DNA from: Histomonas meleagridis 2922-C6/04-290x
Taxonomy: Eukaryota; Protista; Parabasalia
Reading direction: 5' to 3'
DNA: 64,000 nucleotides
NCBI GenBank assembly: GCA_020184695.1
Contig: JAANOX010000075.1
Span: 176,044 to 240,043, forward strand
Shown: positions 17,301-28,477 of the stretch, one piece after another
Layout: the number at the start of each line of letters is the position of its first letter
Position numbering within the stretch: position 1 is the stretch's first letter
Made by a program: the position numbers and the translations under genes
Notes under the pieces: model-generated
Database searches by the model: none
The model's input: only the letters and a program-made list of their open reading frames with translations
What the model was told of the DNA's origin: nothing

Positions 17301-20186
17301 TTATTGAAACAGCGGCATAAAGTTTTCTTTTTCTTCTTTTTTCTTTCTTCCTCTTTTTTGCTTCCTTACTATTGGTTCCATATTTGGTTTCTTTATTTTC
17401 TTTACTTTTTTCTTTTTATTTTCGCCAATATCAGCGCCGAAAGTTGTTGCACTATGTTCACCGATTTCCTTTAATGTATCGAATATATTCATTGGCTTTG
17501 GAGCTTGTTCCACACTTAAACTTGTTGGCTTCTTGACGACACTTCTTACGTAAACCTTTTTTTCTTCTACGTTTTGCTTAGCGGAATTTACTAAGTTTTG
17601 TTGAATGTTACTAATAAACTTAAACTTCTTTTTCTTTTGTTTTTTAATTCGCTTTGTTCCTGTCAATTGATCAGCAACAATTTGTTCGCCAGATTCATCC
17701 GCATATTTAACAATGAAATCGCGAACTTTTTTGGATTTTGACATTTTAGCTATTTGAAATGCTCTTAATTGTTGACCATTTTGTATTGCGTCGGAAAACA
17801 TTTTGAGTAATTCGGCATCAATTTTCGATTTTTGTTGATGTTTCTTTAGTCCGAAATTCATTTGTTTTAATAACCAATTTCGAACTTTCTTATCGAAAGT
17901 TAATGGGATCATTTCAATTTCATGAGGATTTGGTATTGGATTTGTCGAAGGGGAAATTGTACCTCTTAAAGGTACTCCATAAATATATTGCTCATCAGCA
18001 TAAACAACCCAATAACCATCAGTATTTGTATCAAAAGTTTCTTCCAAATCAACAACAGGAATCCATTCTAATGAGAAATCTCCTGATAATTTATATATTA
18101 TATTCATATTATCTTGTGCTACTAATAAATTATCAGTAGAAAATGATACCCATTTTAATGGTTGCCTAATAGGCATTATACCTTGAACAACAATTTTCAT
18201 TGTATTCACATTTAATACAATAAAATCGAGTTCAGAACCATATGCAAAAAATAAAAACTCATTTCTTCCTGTCATTACTGTACATTGTAATGGAAGATTA
18301 AATATACCAATCTCAAGTCCAGCACTTGTAAAGATTCGAATACATGGGAAATCAGTTGCAATAGCAAACCATTCATTACCACATGCAATTAACTTAATTT
18401 TTTCTTCATTAAACGCTAACGACGTTTCTTGATCAGGTGCCCAAGTCTTATGATGTCGATAAACTATAGTAGTTTCAGATGCACAAAGTAAACCAAATTC
18501 ATCAATCGTAACTATAGTAAAATTGTTTTGATTTGTTAATGATTCGATTCTTCCATCAGAATAATGGATATCAATCTCTTGTGATCCATCATCTTCTTGA
18601 CGTAATAATACTGCGGCATATTCGTTCCAACATAAATACCTTCGATTACCAATATAACTATCACAATTTCCTGGCATGAAAGGAAATGTTGTGTCTGGAT
18701 AAAGTTCTGTTAGATCAATATCTTCATCATCGATTTCGGAATTCGTTGCAGAACTTGATGATGTTGATTGAAAGTCATTCTTTTCTTCGCCTTCTTTCTT
18801 TGGTAAATATTCAGTGATGTCGATTTCATGATCAGACGATGTCTCAGATTCGGATTCTTCTTCATAAATCGGTTCTTGTGGTGCATTTGCATGAAGTCGT
18901 TCTTCGAATTCATCAGCATCTTCAATTAAATCGGAAAATTCATTTTCTGAATCGTCACTAACTTTTTCATGATATTTTTCGAAGTTACTTGCTTTTAATG
19001 AATGACTTTTAGTTTTAGATTTTGTTTTAGTTTTAGTTTTAGATTTGGATATTATTTTGGGTTTAGCTGGAGTAAATTTATGAATTTCTTCTTCGCTAAT
19101 TTCGGATAATGATTCATCTTCACTTTCAATATCTTTCTTTGGTCGTGTGATTTGTTTGTTTAATGCATCAATTATGCTGACTGGCGATTTTATGATTTTT
19201 TCTGATTGATTCGATCTTTTGATTGTTTTTGGTTGGATATAATTTGACGTAATCCATAAATGAATTGTTCCATCTGAATCACCACAACATAATGAGTTTT
19301 CACACCAACACATTGAAGTAATTGGTTCTTCTTCGTAATGAAGAGTTTCTGTTATTGTTAGGATTTGTGGCGTTTGTGGATTTTCTGAATAAACAAATAA
19401 CGAATGATCAAATTCCGAAATTATAATTTGATTATCTTTTGTATATGTTGCAATATAATCTGAATTTGGTGATGTGGCAATACATGTAATTACTAAACTA
19501 TCAAAGTCTTTGTATTTAAGAAGAACACCTTGCTTTTTATGTAAATTGAAAATTCTGATGAAATTATTTTCACAAATAAGTAAATCCGACTTCCTGGTAA
19601 AGGATGGTAGACAGACTCCACCTTTTTGCATTATTTGCGCTTGAAGAATTGACTCACAGTTTGGAATAGAAAATGCATTCAATTGATAATCTGATGTAAA
19701 TATTGCTAAAATTGGATTTTTGGGATCGAAGCCAATCCAAATAATATCACCATTGAGTGAATTGAAAACTTCTTGAATTAAATCACTACTATTTTTATGT
19801 TTCTTTAATAAATATACAACTTTTTTATCTGAAAATGCAATAAATTGTCCATCAAAAGAAATTGAAAAATGTTCAATTATTTCGTTGTGTTCAAATAAAT
19901 CTGTTACTGATGAACATTCTGGCCAATTAAGAAAAGAGATTTTTTTATTTTCACCAGCTATATAAATTTTTGTTGATGAATCTCCAAAACAAAAATCTCT
20001 TATTTTTGCTTCTTCAAGAAATTCGCTGGAATGACCTGAGGTAAATGTTAAATCAGATCTTGAAAAAGTTCTTAACAAACAGTCATCATCTCCCAATGAT
20101 ATTATTTCTTCACTTGCTGGCTCGTAAAGTATTTTTCGTATTCCACCAAAATGTGCCGAATTCTGATATTTTGGGGAATTCTCCAT
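17301..20186 (-). CDS. CTF4: Ctf4/AND-1 (WDHD1)-like replisome hub protein
   Basis: N-terminal WD40 repeats, acidic linker, SepB-like segment starting PFMPG...RRYLCWNEYAAV, basic C-terminus. Confidence 0.75.
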   Translation of the reverse strand: MENSPKYQNSAHFGGIRKILYEPASEEIISLGDDDCLLRTFSRSDLTFTSGHSSEFLEEAKIRDFCFGDSSTKIYIAGENKKISFLNWPECSSVTDLFEHNEIIEHFSISFDGQFIAFSDKKVVYLLKKHKNSSDLIQEVFNSLNGDIIWIGFDPKNPILAIFTSDYQLNAFSIPNCESILQAQIMQKGGVCLPSFTRKSDLLICENNFIRIFNLHKKQGVLLKYKDFDSLVITCIATSPNSDYIATYTKDNQIIISEFDHSLFVYSENPQTPQILTITETLHYEEEPITSMCWCENSLCCGDSDGTIHLWITSNYIQPKTIKRSNQSEKIIKSPVSIIDALNKQITRPKKDIESEDESLSEISEEEIHKFTPAKPKIISKSKTKTKTKSKTKSHSLKASNFEKYHEKVSDDSENEFSDLIEDADEFEERLHANAPQEPIYEEESESETSSDHEIDITEYLPKKEGEEKNDFQSTSSSSATNSEIDDEDIDLTELYPDTTFPFMPGNCDSYIGNRRYLCWNEYAAVLLRQEDDGSQEIDIHYSDGRIESLTNQNNFTIVTIDEFGLLCASETTIVYRHHKTWAPDQETSLAFNEEKIKLIACGNEWFAIATDFPCIRIFTSAGLEIGIFNLPLQCTVMTGRNEFLFFAYGSELDFIVLNVNTMKIVVQGIMPIRQPLKWVSFSTDNLLVAQDNMNIIYKLSGDFSLEWIPVVDLEETFDTNTDGYWVVYADEQYIYGVPLRGTISPSTNPIPNPHEIEMIPLTFDKKVRNWLLKQMNFGLKKHQQKSKIDAELLKMFSDAIQNGQQLRAFQIAKMSKSKKVRDFIVKYADESGEQIVADQLTGTKRIKKQKKKKFKFISNIQQNLVNSAKQNVEEKKVYVRSVVKKPTSLSVEQAPKPMNIFDTLKEIGEHSATTFGADIGENKKKKVKKIKKPNMEPIVRKQKRGRKKKEEKENFMPLFQ

Positions 20187-20623
20187 TTGATTTAGTAAAC
20201 GTACACGTAATTATGAAATGTTATGTGAAATGACACGAGGGGTGGGTTAATTTAACGGTCTCATAATAAAAAATTCAAATTTGATTTCATGCATTTCTCT
20301 CTATTCTTCTGATAAATATCATTTAGACCGAATTCAACAGCTACCAATCCACAAAGAGAAAAATTATTTCAAAATGTAATACATACATCAATTTTAGAGT
20401 TAAAAATTTGACAAAGCATCTCAATCCAATGAAATAAAATTATTGTTCTTATAGCAAGCTTTGTGAAAAATAAGCAATTAAAGAAAATATCTTATTCAGA
20501 TTGAGATTACCAAAATAACACCAATTTTAAGGTCAGCATTATTTGCTTCTTGGATGTTGTTGAATGGAATAAAAAAACTATTTCAAAAAAAAATCATTAA
20601 TTATCACAAGGTCACACAAATTA

Positions 20624-20899
20624 ATGTCAAACTACAATGACATATCCATGCGCATACTCTTTGGCATTTGTCATTACGTCGTTTCAAGAAAGACAGCTTG
20701 TCACACTTTTTCCCGAGGAATTCCTGTTGTTTCTACACAACCGCTGGCTAAAACGACGATAAAAGCATTTGCCCCCTCTGAAAATGCGGCCTTCCTCAGG
20801 GTGATAACACATTCAAAAGAAAACGATTATTCAAAACATGTTTATTACGCACCACAATTATCTCTATCGGACTATAGAATTGGTAGCCTTTCCTCTTAA
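20624..20899 (+). CDS. Possible small ORF of unknown function
   Basis: ATG-initiated 91-aa ORF, more GC-rich than flanking intergenic DNA; no recognisable motif. Confidence 0.25.
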   Translation: MSNYNDISMRILFGICHYVVSRKTACHTFSRGIPVVSTQPLAKTTIKAFAPSENAAFLRVITHSKENDYSKHVYYAPQLSLSDYRIGSLSS

Positions 20900-20946
20900 A
20901 ATAACCGCTCATTGAAAGGATTAATTTTGTTCCCTCATTTCTTAGA

Positions 20947-22023
20947 ATGAAATCTTTTCCTCTTGAACCTTCGCAATATCAAATAATGCACAAGATAGGA
21001 GTAGGTTCCAAGTCCGATGTTTATGCAGCTCGATGTCTTTCAAATAACATTGTAGTTGCTATAAAAATTATCGACATGGACGTTTTTCAGATAGATTTTG
21101 AGAAATTACGCAAAGAAGTAACTTTTTGGGCGACTTCAGAGCATCAAAATATGCTTCCATATTACGGATCATTTGTCGTTGATACGAAAATATGGATGTT
21201 AACAGAATATATGGACGGTGGCTCCTGCCGCGATATTCTCCAGTATGCATTTGTTAATGGTTTCAAGGATGAAGCTTTAATTGCTACCATTCTTGAAAAA
21301 GTTTTACAATTCCTCAAATATTTCCACTCAAACCATCAAATACATCGTGACATAAGGCCTGGAAGTATTCTCCTTACCAACACTGGCGAGATTAAAGTTG
21401 GCAATCTTGGAGTTGCTGGATGTCTTATTCAAGATGGCCAAAGAATGAGAGCCCGCTACACTCAGGCAACATCGTGCTGTTACTCCGCGCCAGAAATGCT
21501 CAAAGAGAATAAGGGATACTCTGAAAGTGTCGATATATGGAGTCTCGGAATGACCGCGATCGAACTCGCAACTGGCAAGCCGCCTTATAATGAACTCAAA
21601 CAGCTCGAACAGGTCAAGACAATCGTTCAGGGAGAACTTCCTACGATACCCGATTCGATATCTCCATTGCTCACAAGCTTCATAAAAGCGTGCATCCAAT
21701 ACGACCCTAAGAAGCGCCCAACAGCATCAGAACTATTAAAACACAAATTTATAAAATTGGCAAAAGACAAAAAATATATATCGACAACATTGATGTCACA
21801 ATTATTACCATTAGATCGAAGGTTCGCAATAACTAACGGGAAAGAACAACACAGATGTGTAAAACCTGTGTTACATTCTCCGAAATTCATTTTTGATTTT
21901 CCATCTGATAATGAAGAAAACAATTCGGATGGAAGTGAGCCAGAACAAGAAGTTCGAAGCAAACTTGATTCGAGTGTAATGAAACTTGGAAGATTTACGG
22001 TTTCAATTTGTCAGAATAAATAA
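20947..22023 (+). CDS. STE20-family (SPAK/OSR1/STRAD-like) kinase, probably catalytically impaired
   Basis: VAIK, MDGGSCRDIL, HRDIRPGSILL, GNLG in place of DFG, APE, DIWSLG. Confidence 0.85.
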   Translation: MKSFPLEPSQYQIMHKIGVGSKSDVYAARCLSNNIVVAIKIIDMDVFQIDFEKLRKEVTFWATSEHQNMLPYYGSFVVDTKIWMLTEYMDGGSCRDILQYAFVNGFKDEALIATILEKVLQFLKYFHSNHQIHRDIRPGSILLTNTGEIKVGNLGVAGCLIQDGQRMRARYTQATSCCYSAPEMLKENKGYSESVDIWSLGMTAIELATGKPPYNELKQLEQVKTIVQGELPTIPDSISPLLTSFIKACIQYDPKKRPTASELLKHKFIKLAKDKKYISTTLMSQLLPLDRRFAITNGKEQHRCVKPVLHSPKFIFDFPSDNEENNSDGSEPEQEVRSKLDSSVMKLGRFTVSICQNK

Positions 22024-22398
22024 AGATAAAGATACAGTAACATAATAATCTCGTTCGAGTATATACCAGCAGATAATTTCACCTATTTTTGAATAAATAA
22101 AATGATTTGTATAGAATTTGTATTGACCAATTTTTTCAACTTTGTTTTTGTAAACTTTCAAACAGGTGTTAGGCATTAAGATAAAAAGTTTTAAATCTTA
22201 AAGCTTATAGCCTGACAAGAGAAATTGAAGTTTCATTCCAATGACATTAACGTTCTTTAGCACTTCTATCGTTATAAAATTCTATATGTAAATTCAATGA
22301 TTTTGAATCAATTTGAAATCGTTAGCCGAACAATTTTCACAAACTCAATTTTCTGTACTCATTCAATTTGAAGGAACTGAAAGAAAAAGAAGAGAAAT

Positions 22399-22410
22399 TC
22401 ACTTCATTTT
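22399..22410 (+). promoter_or_regulatory. Tandem Inr TCACTTCATTTT
   Basis: Same 12-mer as 16113-16124, ending 4 nt before ATG 22415. Confidence 0.6.
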
Positions 22411-22414
22411 TATT

Positions 22415-23059
22415 ATGAAAGTTGCTGTTATTGGTGCTACTGGTTTCATTGGTGCTAAAATATTCGAAGAATCTGTTTCAAGAGGTTATGATACAATTGC
22501 TATCAGCAGAAATCCACCAAAAGTTATGCCAAAAGGAAAATGTTCTCATATTTCAGTCGATATTTTTGATTTACAAAAACTTGAAGAAGCACTAAAAGGT
22601 GTTGAAATTGTTATTCATGCATATTGTCCGCCAAAGGATTCAACATTCGAAAAAATGGAAGAGCTTCAAGTCAACGCGACAAAGAATATCATTGAAGCAT
22701 CCAAAAAAGTTGGAGCACGTCGTCTTCTTGCAGTTGGAGGTGCAGGAACACTTATCACGAATGGAGTTAGAAACATGGACGCAGCAGGTTTCCCACCTGA
22801 ATATATGCCATTAGCAAATGCGACTGCGAAACTTCTTTCACTTGTTTTAGAGCAAAAAGATATTTCAGGAACAGTGTTATGTCCTTCAATGGAAATTTAT
22901 CCAGGCGAAAAACAAGGGAAATTTAGATTAAGTGGTGACGAAACGATATTTAATGATAAAGGTGAAAGTAAAATCAGTAATTCTGATTATGCAGTTGCAA
23001 TGATTGATGAAATCGCAAATGGTAATTACATCGGCAAACGTTTCACAGTTGGTTACTAA
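22415..23059 (+). CDS. NAD(P)-binding atypical SDR oxidoreductase (YwnB-like, bacterial type)
   Basis: MKVAVIGATGFIG Rossmann motif, RRLLAVGGAG, SKISNSDYAVAMIDE, KRFTVGY end. ATG at 22415 follows the Inr. Confidence 0.85.
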   Translation: MKVAVIGATGFIGAKIFEESVSRGYDTIAISRNPPKVMPKGKCSHISVDIFDLQKLEEALKGVEIVIHAYCPPKDSTFEKMEELQVNATKNIIEASKKVGARRLLAVGGAGTLITNGVRNMDAAGFPPEYMPLANATAKLLSLVLEQKDISGTVLCPSMEIYPGEKQGKFRLSGDETIFNDKGESKISNSDYAVAMIDEIANGNYIGKRFTVGY

Positions 23060-23266
23060 AAAATTAATTGACTCACTTTTCTTTTGAATTAATTTATTAT
23101 CATATTGCGATTTGGTGTTACATTTATATTTAATGTTAATGAAAATTTCGTTTAAGGATTTTTATAATCATTTCTTTCTGATATCAATAATTTTCACATT
23201 AGAACGATATCTCACATAACACTTCGATAACATTAATATTGATCCAAGTACACAAAAAGATTATAC

Positions 23267-23628
23267 TTTCCATTTTCATCTTATCCGCTTTTATCATTTA
23301 TCTCTTCACATCACTTCAACACAACATTTATTATATTTAAGAAAGTTCTATTTATTAACACACAAACAAATGATAATTTCCATTTTCATCTTATTCGCCT
23401 TTATCATTTATCTCTTCACATCACTTCAACACAACATTTATTATATTTAAGAAAGTTCTATTTATTAACATACAAACAAATGATAATTTCCATTTTCATC
23501 TTATCCGCTTTTATCATTTATCTCTTCACATCACTTCAACACAACATTTATTATATTTAAGAAAGTTCTATCTATTAACACACAAACAAATGATAATTTC
23601 CATTTTCATCTTATCCGCTTTTATCATT
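23267..23628. repeat. 110-bp tandem repeat, about 3.3 copies
   Basis: TTTCCATTTTCATC recurs at 23267, 23377, 23487 and 23597. Confidence 0.95.
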
Positions 23629-23822
23629 TTTAATTAATATTAATAAAATATGGTCGATTTGCATTTAATTGTGAATAAAAAATAATTTATGTTAATTGCA
23701 TCTGATATAGTTCTAAATATATAAGCAGATGGGTCTTTCCCGGAAAAGCACTGATTCTGTTTTATTATAGATGTAATTAAAATAATTGCAATTTTAAAAA
23801 TGGCGAAAATGACACTTTTCAA

Positions 23823-24674
23823 ATGTGGAACGAGGAAAACCTTGAAGAAGACTACCAAAAGATCAAAAATAATTCTTTTGAAGACCTCAACGTTTTTAAG
23901 AAGCCTGCTCCAAAAGAAGATTCATATCTATTATATCGTTACAATTATTTCCGACTTCTTTCATACATCAATCAAAATAAGGTTGATTCCATAAAAAATC
24001 TAGGTAATTCCTCAGCTGCCTTAATCCTTCCATTTCTTATGCAATACAACTATGCTAAAGATCTCATATTAGAAAATGAAGAGCCACCATTTGATTTTTG
24101 TGTTCTAACATTTTTCCATCCCAAAATCAATCCAAACTATTCCTTCTTTATTAGTTATCTTGATCACTTCCTCAAGTTGACTGAACAACTTTCTGATATT
24201 CCCGATGATCAAGAAATATATTTATGTGATCAACTCAAGCGCTCAGATTTTCTTATCAAACCAGGGAAAGCATTAAGCATTGTACGCAAGCGCATTGATT
24301 ATATTGTTGAGATTATTCTTAGTATTCTTCTTGAATCCAATATGACAAATCTAATCAATAGTTTCTTAAATGATTACAAGCCATGGGATTTCGTAACATC
24401 CGCAGACACGCTCTCCTTCATTGGCCGCGTTGCTCTTTCCGTTGGCAACGGCCCTGTTTCCGATCAGTGCTTCTGCAAAGTCAAAACGAATGAACAATTA
24501 TTCGCAAACAGCGGCTTCACACAGCTCTATCATGGATCATTTGCCGAGGCATTGGAGTTCTTCGGTAAGGGTGGCGAGTCATCGCCCCAAAATCTTGACC
24601 CCGTGAGGAGATATAATGGAGAAAAACTCGAAGAATACATCAGCAAAAGTAAAAGTGTGAGTAATAAAAAGTGA
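23823..24674 (+). CDS. Hypothetical helical protein
   Basis: 283-aa ATG-initiated ORF with coding-like composition. Confidence 0.65.
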   Translation: MWNEENLEEDYQKIKNNSFEDLNVFKKPAPKEDSYLLYRYNYFRLLSYINQNKVDSIKNLGNSSAALILPFLMQYNYAKDLILENEEPPFDFCVLTFFHPKINPNYSFFISYLDHFLKLTEQLSDIPDDQEIYLCDQLKRSDFLIKPGKALSIVRKRIDYIVEIILSILLESNMTNLINSFLNDYKPWDFVTSADTLSFIGRVALSVGNGPVSDQCFCKVKTNEQLFANSGFTQLYHGSFAEALEFFGKGGESSPQNLDPVRRYNGEKLEEYISKSKSVSNKK

Positions 24675-25198
24675 CAATCAAATGTAATGTTATTACTAAA
24701 CATTTCACTGGGATTCATTTGATTTTAAGTGTCTGATATTTCTTTTGACGAAATGTTCAATTTTTATTATGGAAAATATAAAAATAAAATTTTCAAATTT
24801 GATGAATGAATTTTTTTTTTGATCCGATATAAAATTAAAAAACATTTTATATATCACGACAATGTACACATTATAATATTTTTTATTGATATGAAGCATT
24901 TCCTTGATTGTATTGATCAATATAACCCGCAATTATTGCGAAAAATAACCTTTTTATATTACAACAATTAACATTTAAATATAAAAATTATTTAATTTCA
25001 TTATATATTAATATTAACTTCAGAAACACATTAATATTAAAATGAGTGAACCAAATATTAATGAGTAATTAAATTTCTCACAAGATATATGAGTGCGATT
25101 TTAGTGATTTTTTTTCAACATTTAATTCATTTATCACGAAAAGTTTAAAACTATATCACAAATCAAAAGAAAAAAGAATCAAATAAAGGCAAATTTCT

Positions 25199-25780
25199 TT
25201 AACGGTTAGACTTAGCAATGCGCTCGAGTTCGTCCTTCTTACGAACGGCATAGCTGTCGTTTGTGTTTCCTGATGCTGCGATGAGTTCATCGGCAAGACA
25301 TTCAGCAATTGTCTTGGAAGAACGGAAGGCAGACTTACGTGCACCTTCTGTGATGAGAGCGAGTGATTGGTTGATACGACGGAGTGGAGAAACATCGCAT
25401 GCTTGACGACGAACTGTACCACCAACACCAATACGTGTTGAATCTTCACGAGCTCCACAGTATTGAACAGCCTTAACAAAGACAACAAGTGGGTTTTCGC
25501 CTGTAACTAAATTGATAAGATCAAAAGCTTGACGAACAATGCGAATAGCCATAAGTTTCTTACCAGCATTACGGCCATGGCACATGAGGTAGCAAACAAA
25601 ACGTTCAACAAGTGGGCAATTAACTTTGTGGAATTGTTGATGTTGATAACGGCCGGCTGTGTGTGGGAGGATGACTTGTTGTTTTTCATGGACTGAAATA
25701 TAATCAACAAGAGCTTTGTCAAGTTGTTCAAAATCAATATCGGAGTAAGACCATTTTCCGAAGAGTTTTACGTCTTGCAT
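25199..25780 (-). CDS. RPS5: 40S ribosomal protein S5 (uS7)
   Basis: [60 protein letters not shown] at 25780. Confidence 0.98.
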   Translation of the reverse strand: MQDVKLFGKWSYSDIDFEQLDKALVDYISVHEKQQVILPHTAGRYQHQQFHKVNCPLVERFVCYLMCHGRNAGKKLMAIRIVRQAFDLINLVTGENPLVVFVKAVQYCGAREDSTRIGVGGTVRRQACDVSPLRRINQSLALITEGARKSAFRSSKTIAECLADELIAASGNTNDSYAVRKKDELERIAKSNR

Positions 25781-25866
25781 CAGAAAGGCCACAGTTTCAT
25801 TCAATTAGGGCGACCGTTTTGCCAAAAGTGGCATGTTCAAGCTTAACGGTCCGCATAGTTATTCAT

Positions 25867-28240
25867 ATGGAAGTATCCTCAAATGAATTAATAGTTTTTC
25901 CACCAGAACTTAAAAAAATGGAAAACATTGTTTTTGGTTTATCCCAGGATAATATTCAGGAATCTGTTGAATCAATTTTTAAATTTATAGATAGAAATTT
26001 TTTACGTTCTTATAATCTTATTATTTGTCAATTAGTTTATTCATTTCTTGTTGCAAGAAAAGTAGATAACTTATATATTAATTTTGATTTTTTAAAAGCG
26101 ATTGAAATGAAAGAAAATTCTATAATTTTAAATCAAAAATATATCAAAATAACAGTTTTATTTGGTATGTATCTTTGGCTGCTACCTACACAAGAAGCAT
26201 ATTATATTCTTGAGAAGATGTCTTATGAACATATTATTCCACCTGAAACCCTTAGGAAACATAAATCTAATCATTTTGCACATTATAAATCTAAAGAAGA
26301 ACTCAAAAGAAATGCATTTTCCCTTCATCAACTCCAACTGGATAATTTTAAGCAATTTAAGTCGTTAATTCATGAAGGTGTTAATCCTTTAACAGTTGCC
26401 CGAATAATTCGAAATGATGAAATCGAAAAACTTCAAGAAATATCATCACAGACAAATTTTGATATTAATCAAACTATTGAGCCATCATTTTATGAAAGAT
26501 GTTCATTTATTAACAAAGAAAATGTTACATTAATTGATTATGCAGCATTTTTTTCAGCGGTCAAATGTTTTAAGTATTTATTAGAAAAAGGCGCTAACGT
26601 ATTAAATACAGGTAAATTAGCAATTGCAGGTGGAAATAATAAAATTATTAAACTTTGCATAAAAAACCATTCATCTTTTAAAGGGTCATATGAATCTTCA
26701 ATTAAATTTCACCAAAATGAAATTTTTAAATATCTTTATAAAACAAAAATCAGAAAGGATATTGATTTTAAGAAATTATTTAGAAAATGTGTTAAAAATA
26801 ACAATTATGAAATCCTTTCTTATTTGGGATCAAATGGTTATCAAGCTTGTAATATTGATGATGATTTGATTTATGAAATAGCATCGAATGGAAATATATT
26901 TCTCTTTAAAAGTTTAATAAGTGTAAAGCAAATTCCAAAAGATATTTTGGTTTATGCTTCAAAATCGATTAATACAGAACTTCTAAAGTATATCCTTCAA
27001 CAAAAATTTGATATAAATGAAAAAGATGTTTATTTGTTTTATTAAAATTTCGTTTTAGTTCCTTAAAATTTTATAAATATATTTGGAATTTATTTGTTTT
27101 TTTTTCGAACAGCGCTTTATGTTGCATCTTCGAAAGGAAATATTGACGTAGTTAAATTTCTTCTCGATCAAAATGGAATCAATGTTAATGCAATACGTGG
27201 ATATTTTGATTATGGTGTTTGTTAAAAATATTCGAAACAGCACTTATTAAAGCAATTTGCAAGCATCACACTGGCGTTGTGAAGTTACTTCTTAAACAAA
27301 ATGGGATTAATGTTAATATTCAAAATAAGATTTATTTTGGAAACACAGAGTTTCGTTTAAAAACATTACTGGACAGCATTAAATGTAGCTACTCGTTATA
27401 ATAATATAGAAATTGTTAGAATGTTACTTGAGAACCAAGATATTGATGTTAATCTTTGGAATGTTTACTTTTTATTTTTGAATTTTGTTAATTTATCATA
27501 ACATCTCATGTTTTATTTTTATGTTTGCAAATTTTATTTGATACACCACTTATGGAAGCTTGTGGTTTTGGATATTTTGAAATTGCCAAAATGCTTCTTG
27601 AGCATGAAAAAATTGATATTTATAATGAAAATATCCATATAATTTGTTATATGTATATAAATATATTTTGATGTTTAAAAATGATTAAAGGAGTTAAATA
27701 ATAATTAATAGAACAGCATTTGTTATGGCATTAGCTTTAGGTTTTAATGATATTTTTAAGTTGTTTCTTAAGCATAAAGATTTTAACGTAAATACTAAAA
27801 CAAATAGGATTTATTCATTATATTTCCTTTACTTGTTGTAGCTTCTGAATGTGGAAATAAGGAGGGTGTTCAATTACTTTTAGAACAAGGGGAAATTGAT
27901 ATTAATGATAAAGATATTTGTTTTTTTTATTTGAAATTTATTTTAATAATTTTATATTTCAAAATAATATTTGGAAATTATTTAAATTATTTAATACCGC
28001 ACTTATATGGGCATCTTGTAAAGGTCATACAGAAATAGTTAAATTACTTCTTAAACAAGAAGGAATTGATATTAATGCTAAAAATATTTATTTGTTTTAT
28101 TTAAAATTTATTTAGATAATTTAAGATTTCAAAATAATATTTGGAAATTATTTAAATTATTTCAAACAGCATTTAAATTAGCATCTGAAAATGATCATAC
28201 AGAAATAGTTGAATTACTTCTTGAACACAAACAGCAATGA
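25867..28240 (+). CDS. DUF3447-type ankyrin repeat protein interrupted by 24 17-nt spacers (locus 2)
   Basis: N-terminal domain as in locus 1. One continuous frame to TGA 28238-28240 after spacer removal; one spacer is 18 nt inside a T10 run. Confidence 0.85.
27028..28165 (+). other. Blocks of [17-nt spacer + 1 codon] units in ankyrin loops
   Basis: 27028-27108 (81 nt), 27217-27233 (single), 27330-27346 and 27350-27366 (two), 27463-27542, 27633-27712, 27809-27825 (single), 27916-27995, 28086-28165. Confidence 0.9.
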
Positions 28241-28477
28241 ATTATGCGGCCAAAAATAATCACATAAAAATCGTTGAAATGCTTAAGCAATATCAACAAA
28301 AATAATTTGTACAAATTCAAAATAAGAATCATAAGAAATATTTAGCAAATAGTTTTTTACCATTTTACAATCTAAACTAATAATAAAGAGTAAAACATTT
28401 TTTTTCATTAATTATTTTTATATATTTTTGATATAATCATATGGAAAAAATTATAAAACAACCTCCAAAAATTTTAT

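Noticed and set aside
27916-27995. One 68-nt non-canonical intron per repeat
   Set aside because: It restores the frame but puts Phe/Leu at the conserved Gly position and cannot explain the 63, 60, 46 nt and single-spacer variants; the 4 x (17+3) parse explains all of them.
28086-28165. Canonical GT-AG (32 nt) or U12-type AT-AC (84 nt) intron in the insert
   Set aside because: The GT and AG positions are not conserved in other copies; the AT-AC excision leaves the frame broken; no ACTAAC branch motif.
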